Below are positions 33,793 through 42,324 of a stretch of DNA of 64,000 nt, piece after piece; the first letter of the stretch is position 1; each line of letters begins with the position of its first letter. The stretch is from Candidatus Aenigmatarchaeota archaeon (lineage in GTDB: Archaea > Aenigmatarchaeota > Aenigmatarchaeia > CG10238-14 > SCSR01), in NCBI GenBank assembly GCA_016213525.1, contig JACRAE010000005.1, positions 145,405 through 209,404 on the forward strand. The letters run 5' to 3'. The position numbers and the translations under genes are program-made. The notes under the pieces are model-generated. The model searched no databases. It saw nothing but the letters and a program-made list of their open reading frames with translations, and was not told where the DNA came from.

Positions 33793-36474
33793 TGAATTCA
33801 GGGAACGGGACGCGTTGACCGAGTTCACCATCGCGTAGACGCTGCCGAGCTCCGTGTCCGTGGCGAGCTGGAAGGACTCCGAGCTCCTGCCGAAAATAGT
33901 GGTGGCGTATATCATGGCGCGCAGTAGGATGTCGACTGAGAGGTCGTCCGTCATGTACACAGCCGTCGAGTTGTCGACGTGTCCCGCCTTGGAGGCCGTT
34001 ACCGTGTAGTTGTTGAAGTAGAGGTAGCCCGAGGTGGAGTTGTGGGTGCCGTTGGCCATGAACTCCGAGAGGAGCTGCGTCGGTATCTGGCCCGTCGAGT
34101 TCGTGGCCGCGGAGAAGTTGGACGCCGGGTTCTCGACGTTGTCAACGGAATTGGTGTCGTTTCCGAACACGATTGCACCGTTCAGAGGGCCCGATGAATT
34201 CCTCGCGGTGACGTCAAGCCTGTGCTGGACGAAGAGCTTCGTCGCTACGGTGGCTCCGTTAGTTCCTATGTCGGATTCGTTGAAGCTCACGTTGACGAAG
34301 TAGTTGTTGTTTCCGGCTGTAGTTCCGACGAGGAACACGTCGTAGGCGGCGGGCGCGCTGATGTTCGAGTCGTAGAAAGTGTTGTTGTTCGACGTTTCTA
34401 TCTGGACGCCATAGCTCGACGTGCTGTTGGTGGTCACGTTGTTGGACCTCAACATGTTGGAGCTGGAACTTGAGCCAATCTCGATTCCGCTGCTGGCGGA
34501 TGTGGCGTTGACCGTGTAGACGACGTTGGATGAAACCGTGTTGGAGGAGCTCGCGGAAAGATATATGCCGGTCGAGCTGGTGGTGCCGCCAGTTGATATC
34601 GAATTCTGCGCCACGCCGTTCAGGGAACTGGATATTAGGTACACGCCGAAGTTTCCGGATGTCCCACTCGTCGATATTTTGTTGCCGGTAAGGTTGTTGC
34701 CGTTGGATCCGGATGGGAGATATATTCCAATGTTCGAGCTGCCCACGCCCCCGCTCGATATGTTGTTCCTGTTAGCGGTGCTGTAGGTGACAACGTTGAA
34801 AAATATACCCATATTGCCGCTTCCGGACGTGGAGTATGTGGATATCGTGTTCTCGCTCATGTTGTGACCGTTTCCTGAAATCAAAATTCCGTACTGGCTA
34901 CCGGCCCCGTTGCCATACGTAGATATCCTGTTGTTTGTCATTGTGGCGTTCGTCGTCGAGCTGCTTAGACTCATTCCGATATTTTGAGTGGATGTGCCCC
35001 CGGACCAAACGACGTTGCCGTCAATCGTGAGGTTGCCGCCCGCGCTTGTGTAAATTCCGTAGTTATCGCTGGTGCCGTCGGTCCATATGCTATTGTTTGA
35101 GATTGTGGTGTATGTCGGGCTTATCAGAACTATTCCGGGACCATATGCGCTGGTTGACGTTCCTATTATGTTCTGACTTATGGCGCTTTGGTACCCGGAG
35201 TACCAGAAAACGACCCCGCCGGCATAGGTGCCGTTACTGGTGTTGTTGAGCGTGTTGTTGGATACCGTCAGGTTGTAGGCGGAGACGTCCTTCGAATGTA
35301 TCGCCCCAATCTGACTGCCCGTGCCATTGTAGACGGCGTGGATGTTCCTCACGGTAGCGTTGCCGGCCGTCACGTTTATCGGAGCCTGGCTGGAGTTCGA
35401 CCATATGACAGGCCTCGTGCTGGTGTTCGACGTCAGGGTCAGCCCCGTGACGTTCACCACGACGTTCTCGTTGTACTGAGCCAAATCGTTAACAATTACC
35501 ACGGTTTGTCCGGAAGTCGCGTTGTTTATCGCATCCTGTATTATCGGATAGCAGATTCCGGTCTCGTTCACGCACACATTAGTTTCCATGACATATCTGA
35601 TAATAACAATTCCTGCAGCGCCGGCGCCGCCATTAAGTCTTGTTCCACCTGACACGCCCGCGCCTCCTCCGCCAGCACCAGGTGCAGTTCCCGCGCTGCC
35701 GCCAACACCTTGATTACCACCAGCACCGCCACCGCCACTGCCTCCGGCGCCGCCAGAACCGTCGGAACGGCCACCTCCTCCGCCTCCGCCAGCATATGTG
35801 ACTGAAATTCCTGAAATCGATGATGCTGTACCACTGCCTCCGGCGCCGCCATTTGGAACAGAACATGCAAATCCAGTAGATGAAGAGCCGCCGCCGGCGC
35901 CGCCAACACCTGAATTACCATTACATCCGCTGCTACCAGCATTTCCTTGCCCGCTTGTTCCTGCACCGCCGCTACCAGAACCGCTAAATGCACCGGCTCC
36001 GCCACCACCAGAACCACCGTCAGAACCTGATCCGCCAATATCCCCTCCTCCGCCTCCGCCACCACTGGATGTGATTGTATCAAATGTTGATGCAGAACCA
36101 TTTTCACCCTGTGAAGGGCTTACAAATCCATTGCCGCCGGCGCCGCCGGCGCCTACAGTTATTGGGTATGTTTGTGATGTGACAAAGAATCCGCTACCAG
36201 TCCTATAACCGCCTGCGCCACCACCTCCAGCACCATCCGCATTGAGTCCATTTCCGCCACCTCCACCACCACCACCAATGACAAGATATTCGACATCACC
36301 TCCTCCGGAAATCACATTGAAGGTCCCGTTCGAGGTGAAGGTGTGAATCGTCTTTCCACCAAAGTACGTGATCGTGCCGCCCATCGCCTTGATTGCATAT
36401 GCCTCTGAAATTAGGAAAGAAAACGCCACAGAAAACGACAGAACGATGGACAGAAAAATAAGCCCGTTTTTCAC
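33328..36474 (-). CDS. secreted 1,048-aa protein: Gly-rich module + parallel beta-helix + LamG-like module + Cys-terminated cap
   Basis: GTG start with Sec signal MKNGLIFLSIVLSFSVAFSFLISEAYA. TIHTFTSNGTFNVISGGGDVEYLVIGGGGGGGG...GIVIIRY. PbH1-type repeats (SDNYGIYTSAGGN...). C-terminal 155 aa nearly identical to 22298..24550. Ends ..QLSGVYC. Confidence 0.88.
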   Translation of the reverse strand: MKNGLIFLSIVLSFSVAFSFLISEAYAIKAMGGTITYFGGKTIHTFTSNGTFNVISGGGDVEYLVIGGGGGGGGNGLNADGAGGGGAGGYRTGSGFFVTSQTYPITVGAGGAGGNGFVSPSQGENGSASTFDTITSSGGGGGGGDIGGSGSDGGSGGGGAGAFSGSGSGGAGTSGQGNAGSSGCNGNSGVGGAGGGSSSTGFACSVPNGGAGGSGTASSISGISVTYAGGGGGGGRSDGSGGAGGSGGGGAGGNQGVGGSAGTAPGAGGGGAGVSGGTRLNGGAGAAGIVIIRYVMETNVCVNETGICYPIIQDAINNATSGQTVVIVNDLAQYNENVVVNVTGLTLTSNTSTRPVIWSNSSQAPINVTAGNATVRNIHAVYNGTGSQIGAIHSKDVSAYNLTVSNNTLNNTSNGTYAGGVVFWYSGYQSAISQNIIGTSTSAYGPGIVLISPTYTTISNNSIWTDGTSDNYGIYTSAGGNLTIDGNVVWSGGTSTQNIGMSLSSSTTNATMTNNRISTYGNGAGSQYGILISGNGHNMSENTISTYSTSGSGNMGIFFNVVTYSTANRNNISSGGVGSSNIGIYLPSGSNGNNLTGNKISTSGTSGNFGVYLISSSLNGVAQNSISTGGTTSSTGIYLSASSSNTVSSNVVYTVNATSASSGIEIGSSSSSNMLRSNNVTTNSTSSYGVQIETSNNNTFYDSNISAPAAYDVFLVGTTAGNNNYFVNVSFNESDIGTNGATVATKLFVQHRLDVTARNSSGPLNGAIVFGNDTNSVDNVENPASNFSAATNSTGQIPTQLLSEFMANGTHNSTSGYLYFNNYTVTASKAGHVDNSTAVYMTDDLSVDILLRAMIYATTIFGRSSESFQLATDTELGSVYAMVNSVNASRSLNSGWSHVAMTFDSGTIKLYVNGQLAGTASTSVTPAAGNRSLMLGNGTDLVIDEVAFRSGVLSQSAIEQHYQVGPGLKAIVSAVGGGSFGRNFNISASTSDGSFSNRHITAADLLAGTTQSVNLPNATGVPTAVVVTSNSCNQVLTATKAQLSGVYC

Positions 36475-36509
36475 ATTCTTATTTGGTGTTTGTCGGGTAA
36501 AAATCCGAG

Positions 36510-36519
36510 TTTTATATAT
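36510..36519 (+). promoter_or_regulatory. TATA-like box
   Basis: ttttatatat, about 26 nt upstream of FEN1 ATG 36540. Confidence 0.5.
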
Positions 36520-36539
36520 CGTGCGGCGGAAGAAGGATT

Positions 36540-37565
36540 ATGGGAGTCCAGATTTCAGGCATGGTCCAGGGGAAGGAGTTCGAGATGGCCGACCTGGCGG
36601 GCAAGAAGGTCGCCATAGACGCGTTCAACACCTGCTTCCAGTTCATATCGATTATCAGGGACCGCTTCACCGGCGAGCCGCTGAGGGACAGCCACGGCAA
36701 CGTGACCTCGCACCTCTCGGGGATAATGTACCGATTTTCAAGGATGCTCGAGGCGGGCGTGAGGCCTGTGATGGTGTTCGACGGCAAGCCGCCGGCGTTC
36801 AAGAGGGGCACGCAGATGGCGAGGGAGGAGAGGAAGCAGGCCGCCGAGAAGAAGTGGAAGGAGGCGGTGGAGAAGGGCGAGAACGGGTACAAGCACGCAC
36901 AGGCGACGTCCCGCTTCACCCCGCAGATGGTCGCGGACGCGAAGGAGATCCTCGGATACATGGGCGTCCCCGTGCTCCAGGCGCCGAGCGAGGGCGAGGC
37001 CACGTGCGCGGCGATGTGCAGGTCCGGGGTCGTCGACTTCGCCTCGAGCCAGGACTACGACTCCCTTCTGTTCGGCGCACCGAGGCTCCTGAGGAACGTC
37101 TCGGTCTCCGGCAAGAGGAAGCTGCCGAACCAGGAGGTGTGGGTGGAGGTGAGGCCGGAGATGCTCGAGCTCGAGTCCGTGCTGTCGGAGCTGGGGATTA
37201 CGAGGGAGCAGCTGGTCGTGATGGGGATGCTCATAGGGACGGACTACAACGACGGCGTCAAGGGAGTCGGGCCTAAGACGGCGCTGAAGCTCGTGAAGGA
37301 GCACGTGACGTTCGACGCGGTTGTCGAGAAGACGGAATGGAAGGAGGAGGCGGACCTGCAGCAGGTGTTCGACTTCTTCATGGACCCCGTAGTGCTGGAC
37401 AGGCCCGAGATAGAGTGGGGGAAGCCGCAGCCTGACAGGATAATGAGGTTCCTCGCGGACGAGCACGACTTCTCGAGGGAGAGGGTCGAGAAGGTCGTCG
37501 AGAAGATAATGCAGAACCGCTCGAAGGGGGCGCAGTCGAGCCTCGGCGGATGGCTGAAGAAGTAG
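36540..37565 (+). CDS. fen: flap endonuclease 1
   Basis: MGVQISG...GKKVAIDAFN (N domain), I domain SEGEATCAAM, H3TH GTDYN.GVKGVGPKTALKL. Confidence 0.95.
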   Translation: MGVQISGMVQGKEFEMADLAGKKVAIDAFNTCFQFISIIRDRFTGEPLRDSHGNVTSHLSGIMYRFSRMLEAGVRPVMVFDGKPPAFKRGTQMAREERKQAAEKKWKEAVEKGENGYKHAQATSRFTPQMVADAKEILGYMGVPVLQAPSEGEATCAAMCRSGVVDFASSQDYDSLLFGAPRLLRNVSVSGKRKLPNQEVWVEVRPEMLELESVLSELGITREQLVVMGMLIGTDYNDGVKGVGPKTALKLVKEHVTFDAVVEKTEWKEEADLQQVFDFFMDPVVLDRPEIEWGKPQPDRIMRFLADEHDFSRERVEKVVEKIMQNRSKGAQSSLGGWLKK

Positions 37566-37574
37566 CAGACCAAA

Positions 37575-37584
37575 GCAATAAATC
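37575..37584 (+). promoter_or_regulatory. TATA-like box
   Basis: gcaataaatc, about 27 nt upstream of GlyRS ATG 37606. Confidence 0.4.
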
Positions 37585-37605
37585 ATCCCGACCCGAATGT
37601 TTTTC

Positions 37606-39114
37606 ATGGACATAGCGAAGATGGACGAGTTCGCGAAGAAGAAGGGGTTCTTCTGGCCAAGCTCGGAGATGTACGGCGGGCTCGCGGGTTTCTACGATTA
37701 TGGCAGCAACGGGACGCTGCTGAAGAGGAAGTTCGAGAACGCGTGGAGGAGGTACTTCCTCGGCCTCAACGAGAACTTCTTCGAGATAGAGCCGAGCGAC
37801 ATAATGCACGAGAAGGTCTTCAAGGCGAGCGGGCACGTCGACGGTTTTGTGGACCCCGTTGCCAGGTGCTCGAAGTGCGGGACGCAGCACAGGGCGGACC
37901 ACATACTCGAGGACTTCCTGCACGAGAGCTTCGAGGGCATGACGCCGGAGCAGCTCAAGAAGGTCATAGACGAGAAGGGCGTGAAGTGCCCGAGCTGCAA
38001 GGGGGAGCTCAAAGAGGTCTACGTGCTGAACATGATGTTCCCCGTCGACGTCGGGAGCGGGAAGAGGGGGTATCTGAGGCCTGAAACGGCACAGGGTCCG
38101 TACGTCAACTTCCTGAGGCACTTCAACCTGCTGAGGAACAGGCTGCCGATAGGTTTGTCAGTGATAGGAAAGGCGTACAGGAACGAGATATCGCCGAGGA
38201 ACCTCACGACGAGGATGAGGGAGTTCACGCAGGCCGAGCTGCAGATATTCTTCGACCCGTCGCAGGTCGAGGAGCATCCGGGGTGGGGCGGGGTGAAGAA
38301 CTACAAGCTGAGGTTGTTCCCGGACAAGGAGAAGAAGATTGTGGAGGTGAAATGCGAGGACGCGCTGAGGATGGGGATTCCGAAGTTCTACGTCTGGCAC
38401 ATGGCGAAGGTGCAGCAATTTTATTTCGACGTCATGAAGGTCCCGAAGGACAGGTTCAGGTTCCGCGAGCTCTCGGCGGAGGAGAGGGCGTTCTACAACA
38501 AGGTCCACTGGGACATCGAGCTCGACCTGCCGAGCCTGGGCGGCTTCAGGGAGGTCGGTGGTGTGCACTACAGGACGGACCATGACCTGACGGGCCACCA
38601 GAGGTTGGCGAACCAGAAGCAGGAGGTCTTCTTCAACGAAAGGAGGTTCATGCCCCACATACTCGAGCTGTCCTTCGGGGTCGACAGGAACGTGTACGCG
38701 ATGATAGAGCTGAACTACGAGGAGGAGGGCGACAGGGCGGTGCTCCACCTGCCGGCGTCCGTGGCGCCGTTCCAGGTGGCGGTGTTCCCGCTGGTGAACA
38801 AGGACGGGCTCGACAAGGAGGCCAGGAAGGTCTTCGAGACTCTGAGGAGGGACTTCGACGCGGTCTTCGACCAGAGCGGCAGCATAGGGAAGATGTACTA
38901 CCGCGAAGATGAGAGGGGGACCTTCTACTGCGTGACGGTGGACTACGACGTGAAAAAGAGGAAGGACGTCACGGTGAGGGACAGGGACAGCAAGAGGCAG
39001 GTGCGCGTAAAGCTGAAGGACCTACCGAAGATTCTGAGGAAATTGATAGACGGGGAGATCAGGTTTGAGAAGGCCGGGAAGGCGATAAAGCCCGCCAAGC
39101 CCAAGAAGAAGTAG
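37606..39114 (+). CDS. glyS: glycyl-tRNA synthetase (archaeal/eukaryotic type)
   Basis: KKGFFWPSSEMYGGLAGFYDYG, RPETAQG, FRNEISPR, QAELQIF, GVDR. ATG 37606 was chosen because it has TATA spacing of about 27 nt. An in-frame ATG at 37597 is also possible. Confidence 0.93.
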   Translation: MDIAKMDEFAKKKGFFWPSSEMYGGLAGFYDYGSNGTLLKRKFENAWRRYFLGLNENFFEIEPSDIMHEKVFKASGHVDGFVDPVARCSKCGTQHRADHILEDFLHESFEGMTPEQLKKVIDEKGVKCPSCKGELKEVYVLNMMFPVDVGSGKRGYLRPETAQGPYVNFLRHFNLLRNRLPIGLSVIGKAYRNEISPRNLTTRMREFTQAELQIFFDPSQVEEHPGWGGVKNYKLRLFPDKEKKIVEVKCEDALRMGIPKFYVWHMAKVQQFYFDVMKVPKDRFRFRELSAEERAFYNKVHWDIELDLPSLGGFREVGGVHYRTDHDLTGHQRLANQKQEVFFNERRFMPHILELSFGVDRNVYAMIELNYEEEGDRAVLHLPASVAPFQVAVFPLVNKDGLDKEARKVFETLRRDFDAVFDQSGSIGKMYYREDERGTFYCVTVDYDVKKRKDVTVRDRDSKRQVRVKLKDLPKILRKLIDGEIRFEKAGKAIKPAKPKKK

Positions 39115-39173
39115 ATTTTTACCGCAACAATCGCTTCAATTTCCAGCTGGAAAAGCCCAATTTTCCGAGAAAC

Positions 39174-39545
39174 TTACATCGTCCTGCCGCGGTAAATCTG
39201 CGCGTACTGCGGGGTCACGACCAGGAAGTCCTCGTCGACTCCGACCATGTCGCCGTTCATCGCGGTGCACGTCTTCCTGAGCTTCTCGACGGACCTCTTG
39301 AGCTCGGCCATGTCCTTCGACCTCAGCTCCCTCACCCTCAGGAACACCACGTTGCCCTCCCTTAGCAGCTGCTGTATCCTGTCCGTGTCGTTGTAGTCTA
39401 TAAGAGTCTCTATCCTCACGCCGACCTTGCCGTCGCCGCCGACCATGTTCTCGCCCAGCTCGACGTACTCGTCAGCCGGGGCCTGCGGCTTCTGCTGGCC
39501 GTCCTTCTTTCCTGACATCATGTCCCTGAGCTTTCCGAAAACCAT
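39174..39545 (-). CDS. sepF: SepF-like (DUF552) cell-division protein, paralog 2
   Basis: VGVRIETLIDYNDTDRIQQLLREGNVVFLRVRELRSKDMAELKRSVEKLRKTCTAMNGDMVGVDEDFLVVTP is colinear with 7155..7481. Confidence 0.7.
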   Translation of the reverse strand: MVFGKLRDMMSGKKDGQQKPQAPADEYVELGENMVGGDGKVGVRIETLIDYNDTDRIQQLLREGNVVFLRVRELRSKDMAELKRSVEKLRKTCTAMNGDMVGVDEDFLVVTPQYAQIYRGRTM

Positions 39546-39618
39546 GTTGAATCAACTAAGGATAATGTTCGTGTCCTAAATTTAAATACCTGCTCAAAGC
39601 GGGCGTCCGGATGGAAGG

Positions 39619-39888
39619 TCAGTTCGTCATCTCTCTTCTGAGCTGCTCGAGCATGCTGACCACGTTCCAGATCTGGGTGCGCGTGTAGAGCGGCATGTTC
39701 GGGTCGTTCGTTATCTCGTCGAGGAGGTGTATGGCCGTCGATATCTTCAGCTCCGACGACTTCTCCGCGCTCGTGAGGGCGGACTTGGAGTCCTCGGCCG
39801 CCTTCCTTATGTTCTTCGGGACGGTCCTGTCGCCCACTATCGTCTCCAAAATAACGACTACCTGCCCTATGTTGGCGGCGCCCATCAT
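39619..39888 (-). CDS. UPF0147-family protein (conserved archaeal)
   Basis: TVPKNIRKAAEDSKSAL.......ISTAIHLLDEITNDPNMPLYTRTQIWNVVSMLE matches the UPF0147 signature. Its usual neighbour is prefoldin beta. Confidence 0.75.
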   Translation of the reverse strand: MMGAANIGQVVVILETIVGDRTVPKNIRKAAEDSKSALTSAEKSSELKISTAIHLLDEITNDPNMPLYTRTQIWNVVSMLEQLRREMTN

Positions 39889-39889
39889 A

Positions 39890-40237
39890 CTACTTCATCT
39901 CCTCCTTGAGCTTCTCCTGTATCTCCTTCAGCCTCTCGGTGATCTTCGCCTCGGTCTTCTCGTAGCTCCTCATCCTGATCGATATGGCCTCCTTCGTCTC
40001 CTTCAGGTCCGTCACTATGTCCTCGACGGGCTTGCTGACCATGACGGATCCGGTTATCTTGAACGCGGTCTTCTGCCCGCTCTTCTCGAGCTCCTCGACG
40101 GCCTTGTCTATCTCCAAGTCCTGCAGCTTCATGCTCTCCCTCTGCATCGCGACAGACTGCAGCTGCTGCTGGTACGCCTGGAACTCCAAAATCATCTGCT
40201 TCGTTTCGTCTGACATTTCTTTCATATCGTCCACCAA
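39890..40237 (-). CDS. pfdB: prefoldin beta subunit
   Basis: Coiled coil - beta hairpin - coiled coil: QMILEFQAYQQQLQSV...AFKITGSVMVSKP...ISIRMRSYEKTEAKITERLKEIQ. Confidence 0.88.
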   Translation of the reverse strand: MVDDMKEMSDETKQMILEFQAYQQQLQSVAMQRESMKLQDLEIDKAVEELEKSGQKTAFKITGSVMVSKPVEDIVTDLKETKEAISIRMRSYEKTEAKITERLKEIQEKLKEEMK

Positions 40238-40282
40238 ACTTTCGGCAATAAGAGTATTGGAGAAGCGAGTTATATATACCCT

Positions 40283-40510
40283 TCAGCCGACCTTCTTCTC
40301 TATTTCCTCGAGCGTCTGGACGAGCGAGATGTACGTGTTGACTATCGCTTTCATGTGGCCGACCTTCTCGCTCCTCACTCTCAGGGTAACGTAGCCCTTA
40401 CCGGGCCTCAGGCTGATGACGGAGTACTTGTCGCGCTTGATGTCCGGCTCGAGGCTCTTCACAACGAGGGCGGGCCTCCTGCACGGTATCTTCATCGTGA
40501 ATTCGAACAT
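40283..40510 (-). CDS. pcc1: KEOPS subunit Pcc1
   Basis: 75 aa. ALVVKSLEPDI.....VISLRPGKGYVTLRVRSEKVGHMKAIVNTYISLVQTLEEI fits the Pcc1/CTAG family pattern. Confidence 0.7.
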   Translation of the reverse strand: MFEFTMKIPCRRPALVVKSLEPDIKRDKYSVISLRPGKGYVTLRVRSEKVGHMKAIVNTYISLVQTLEEIEKKVG

Positions 40511-40561
40511 GAACTGATTTTCTCGAGGCGAAATATAACCTTTGTTTTGATAGTGGCGTCC

Positions 40562-40966
40562 TCACACGTCGGGATACATTTTAGAAAAAAACTCCGACAT
40601 TCCCGCTTCCCTCATATATTTCGTTTTTATCCATTCGACCTTCGATACGCCTTCTCCGCATTTCAAGTCCCCTGATTTCTTATGGCATACATAGAGATGG
40701 ACGAAGTAGTCGTTTTTCTCCGTCGGGCGGACCGCGCCCATATAATCGTTCACGGAGACCTCTATTCCAGTCTGTTTTTTTATTTTTTCGATAAGGCCAT
40801 TACTCATCGTTTCGGAAGTGTCTCTTTCCTCCTCCGTCAGGTCTCCGCCAGGAATCGACATTTGGCCTTTGTAAATCCCATCCTTTCTTACAATGCCCAA
40901 TATCATATCGGCATGGTCTATGTCGAGGACGTATCCAAAAACACCGGATTTTGCCTCAGATTCCAT
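40562..40966 (-). CDS. Nudix-fold protein with degenerate Nudix box
   Basis: GGDLTEEERDTSETMSNGLIEKIKKQTGI: the G-x5-E is kept but REUxEE is replaced by IEKIKK. The gene is visibly more AT-rich than its surroundings. Confidence 0.45.
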   Translation of the reverse strand: MESEAKSGVFGYVLDIDHADMILGIVRKDGIYKGQMSIPGGDLTEEERDTSETMSNGLIEKIKKQTGIEVSVNDYMGAVRPTEKNDYFVHLYVCHKKSGDLKCGEGVSKVEWIKTKYMREAGMSEFFSKMYPDV

Positions 40967-41005
40967 GTTCTAGGATTATTGTTGAAATATTAGTATGAGC
41001 GGAAA

Positions 41006-41134
41006 TTACCTTGCGACGACGCGCCTCGGCGTCTCGGGCCTCATCTTCGAGTATATCCTGAAGCCGCAGAACGGGCAGCGCACCTTGTCGTCGAGCGAGT
41101 CGATGACCTTCTTGCAGCTTATGCACTTGTACAT
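41006..41134 (-). CDS. rpoP: RNA polymerase subunit Rpo12 (RpoP)
   Basis: Not in the ORF track (42 aa). MYKCISCKKVIDSLDDKVRCPFCGFRIYSKMRPETPRRVVAR has a C-x2-C...C-x2-C ribbon. The ATG directly abuts the L37Ae stop. Confidence 0.8.
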   Translation of the reverse strand: MYKCISCKKVIDSLDDKVRCPFCGFRIYSKMRPETPRRVVAR

Positions 41135-41362
41135 TTACAGACCCCTCGTGACCGTCGTCCAAGCGCCGCCTGCGAACTTGGCGCCGCACTTCTTGCACTT
41201 CCAAATTCCGGCGACCACGCGGTCGACATAAGGCATATCGCACTTAGGGCATATATGCCTTTGCTTCTGCGTCCTCTCTATGTCGGAGACAAGCTGGCGC
41301 ACCTTCTTCCCGTACCTGGACCCGTAGCGGCCGGCCGACCCGATTTTCTTTTTGCTGCTCAT
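41135..41362 (-). CDS. rpl37ae: 50S ribosomal protein L37Ae (eL43)
   Basis: GSAGRYGSRYGKKVRQ...CPKC......VAGIWKCKKCGAKFAGGAW. Confidence 0.92.
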   Translation of the reverse strand: MSSKKKIGSAGRYGSRYGKKVRQLVSDIERTQKQRHICPKCDMPYVDRVVAGIWKCKKCGAKFAGGAWTTVTRGL

Positions 41363-41382
41363 AACGACTAACCTATCTTGTT

Positions 41383-41658
41383 TTACTTCCTAATTACCTT
41401 TATGCTTCCGGGCCTGCCGCCCCCGGATATGGTCTCGAGTATCATCTTCATCTGCTCCTCGGAGACCTCCGACTTTATCTTGCCCGACTTGTACAGGTCC
41501 ATCAGGTACAGCTCCAATTGGGCCGCTATGTCGGGCTTGACCATCCTGACCCTCGACAGCCTGTCGATGGCGCCCCGCGAGAGGATCTTCCTCATCATGG
41601 TCTTCTTCATCAGCTCGACCTGCTGAATCTCCTCGGGGGTCGGTTGGTGCTGCATCAC
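41383..41658 (-). CDS. PDCD5/TFAR19-like dsDNA-binding protein
   Basis: KKTMMRKILSRGAIDRLSRVRMVKPDIAAQLELYLMDLYKSGKI...VSEEQMKMILE. Confidence 0.8.
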   Translation of the reverse strand: MMQHQPTPEEIQQVELMKKTMMRKILSRGAIDRLSRVRMVKPDIAAQLELYLMDLYKSGKIKSEVSEEQMKMILETISGGGRPGSIKVIRK

Positions 41659-42083
41659 TGCTTGCTCACCGACTTAGCGGCGCCGTCGAAAAACTTCCTA
41701 CCCTTGGACGTTATCTTCCTGCCGCCCTTCGCGTCCTTCTCGACGAAGCCCGCGGCCTCCAGCTGCTGGAGTATCTTCCTTATCTGGTTGCCGCCGGCGA
41801 GCATGAAGTGCTTCGGCTTGTACCCCCACTTTATCGTCTTCCCATAATAAGTCCTCAGCCTCTGCACGCCCACGGGCCCCTCGAGGTATATCCTCCTCAT
41901 CACGGAAGCCGCCCTGGTGTGCCAGAAGTCCGGCTGCTGCGGCGGCCTCTCCCTGTGGGCGCCCGTCTTGACGAACTTCGCCCAAGCCACAGGCTGGATG
42001 AGCTCCTCCTTCTTCAGCTCCTGTGCGAGCTTCGGGATCAGCTTTGCCGGGCTTGCGAATTTGCCTGAAACCATGAAAATCAT
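41655..42083 (-). CDS. rps19e: 30S ribosomal protein S19e
   Basis: Start at MIFMVSGKF (ATG 42083, TAATG overlap with the upstream stop). WAKFVKTGAHRERPPQQPDFWHTRAASVMRRIYLEGPVGVQRLRTYYG. Confidence 0.9.
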   Translation of the reverse strand: MIFMVSGKFASPAKLIPKLAQELKKEELIQPVAWAKFVKTGAHRERPPQQPDFWHTRAASVMRRIYLEGPVGVQRLRTYYGKTIKWGYKPKHFMLAGGNQIRKILQQLEAAGFVEKDAKGGRKITSKGRKFFDGAAKSVSKQ

Positions 42084-42316
42084 TATGCCGTGACCAATAT
42101 ATAGACGACTGTGCTGGCTATGAGGACCAGGCCGGCTATGATGAGGACTATTATCAGCAGCGGGAAGCTGGGGCCGTTCAGGGTGTCGCACACGTCCGAC
42201 TGCTCTGTCTTGCACTTCTCCGCGTAGTCCGTTATCGTCCACAGGATGAACGCCAGGGCGCCCACGGCGATGAGCACGGTCACCGTCCCGATTGCCAATG
42301 CAGCCCCTCCCTTCAT
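42083..42316 (-). CDS. small two-TM membrane protein
   Basis: MKGGAALAIGTVTVLIAVGALAFILW...CKTEQSDVCD...LLIIVLIIAGLVLIASTVVYILV. The N-terminus resembles the MKG class-III leaders, but a second TM is present. Confidence 0.5.
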   Translation of the reverse strand: MKGGAALAIGTVTVLIAVGALAFILWTITDYAEKCKTEQSDVCDTLNGPSFPLLIIVLIIAGLVLIASTVVYILVTA

Positions 42317-42324
42317 CAATTTGA

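Noticed and set aside
35798-36208. Pro-rich ORFs (35798..36208, 49699..50097, 50098..50385, 52291..52938) that could be mistaken for proline-rich wall proteins.
   Set aside because: They are the reverse complement of the GGN-rich Gly modules inside long intact ORFs that have conserved flanking motifs. The sense strand is clearly the Gly-rich one.
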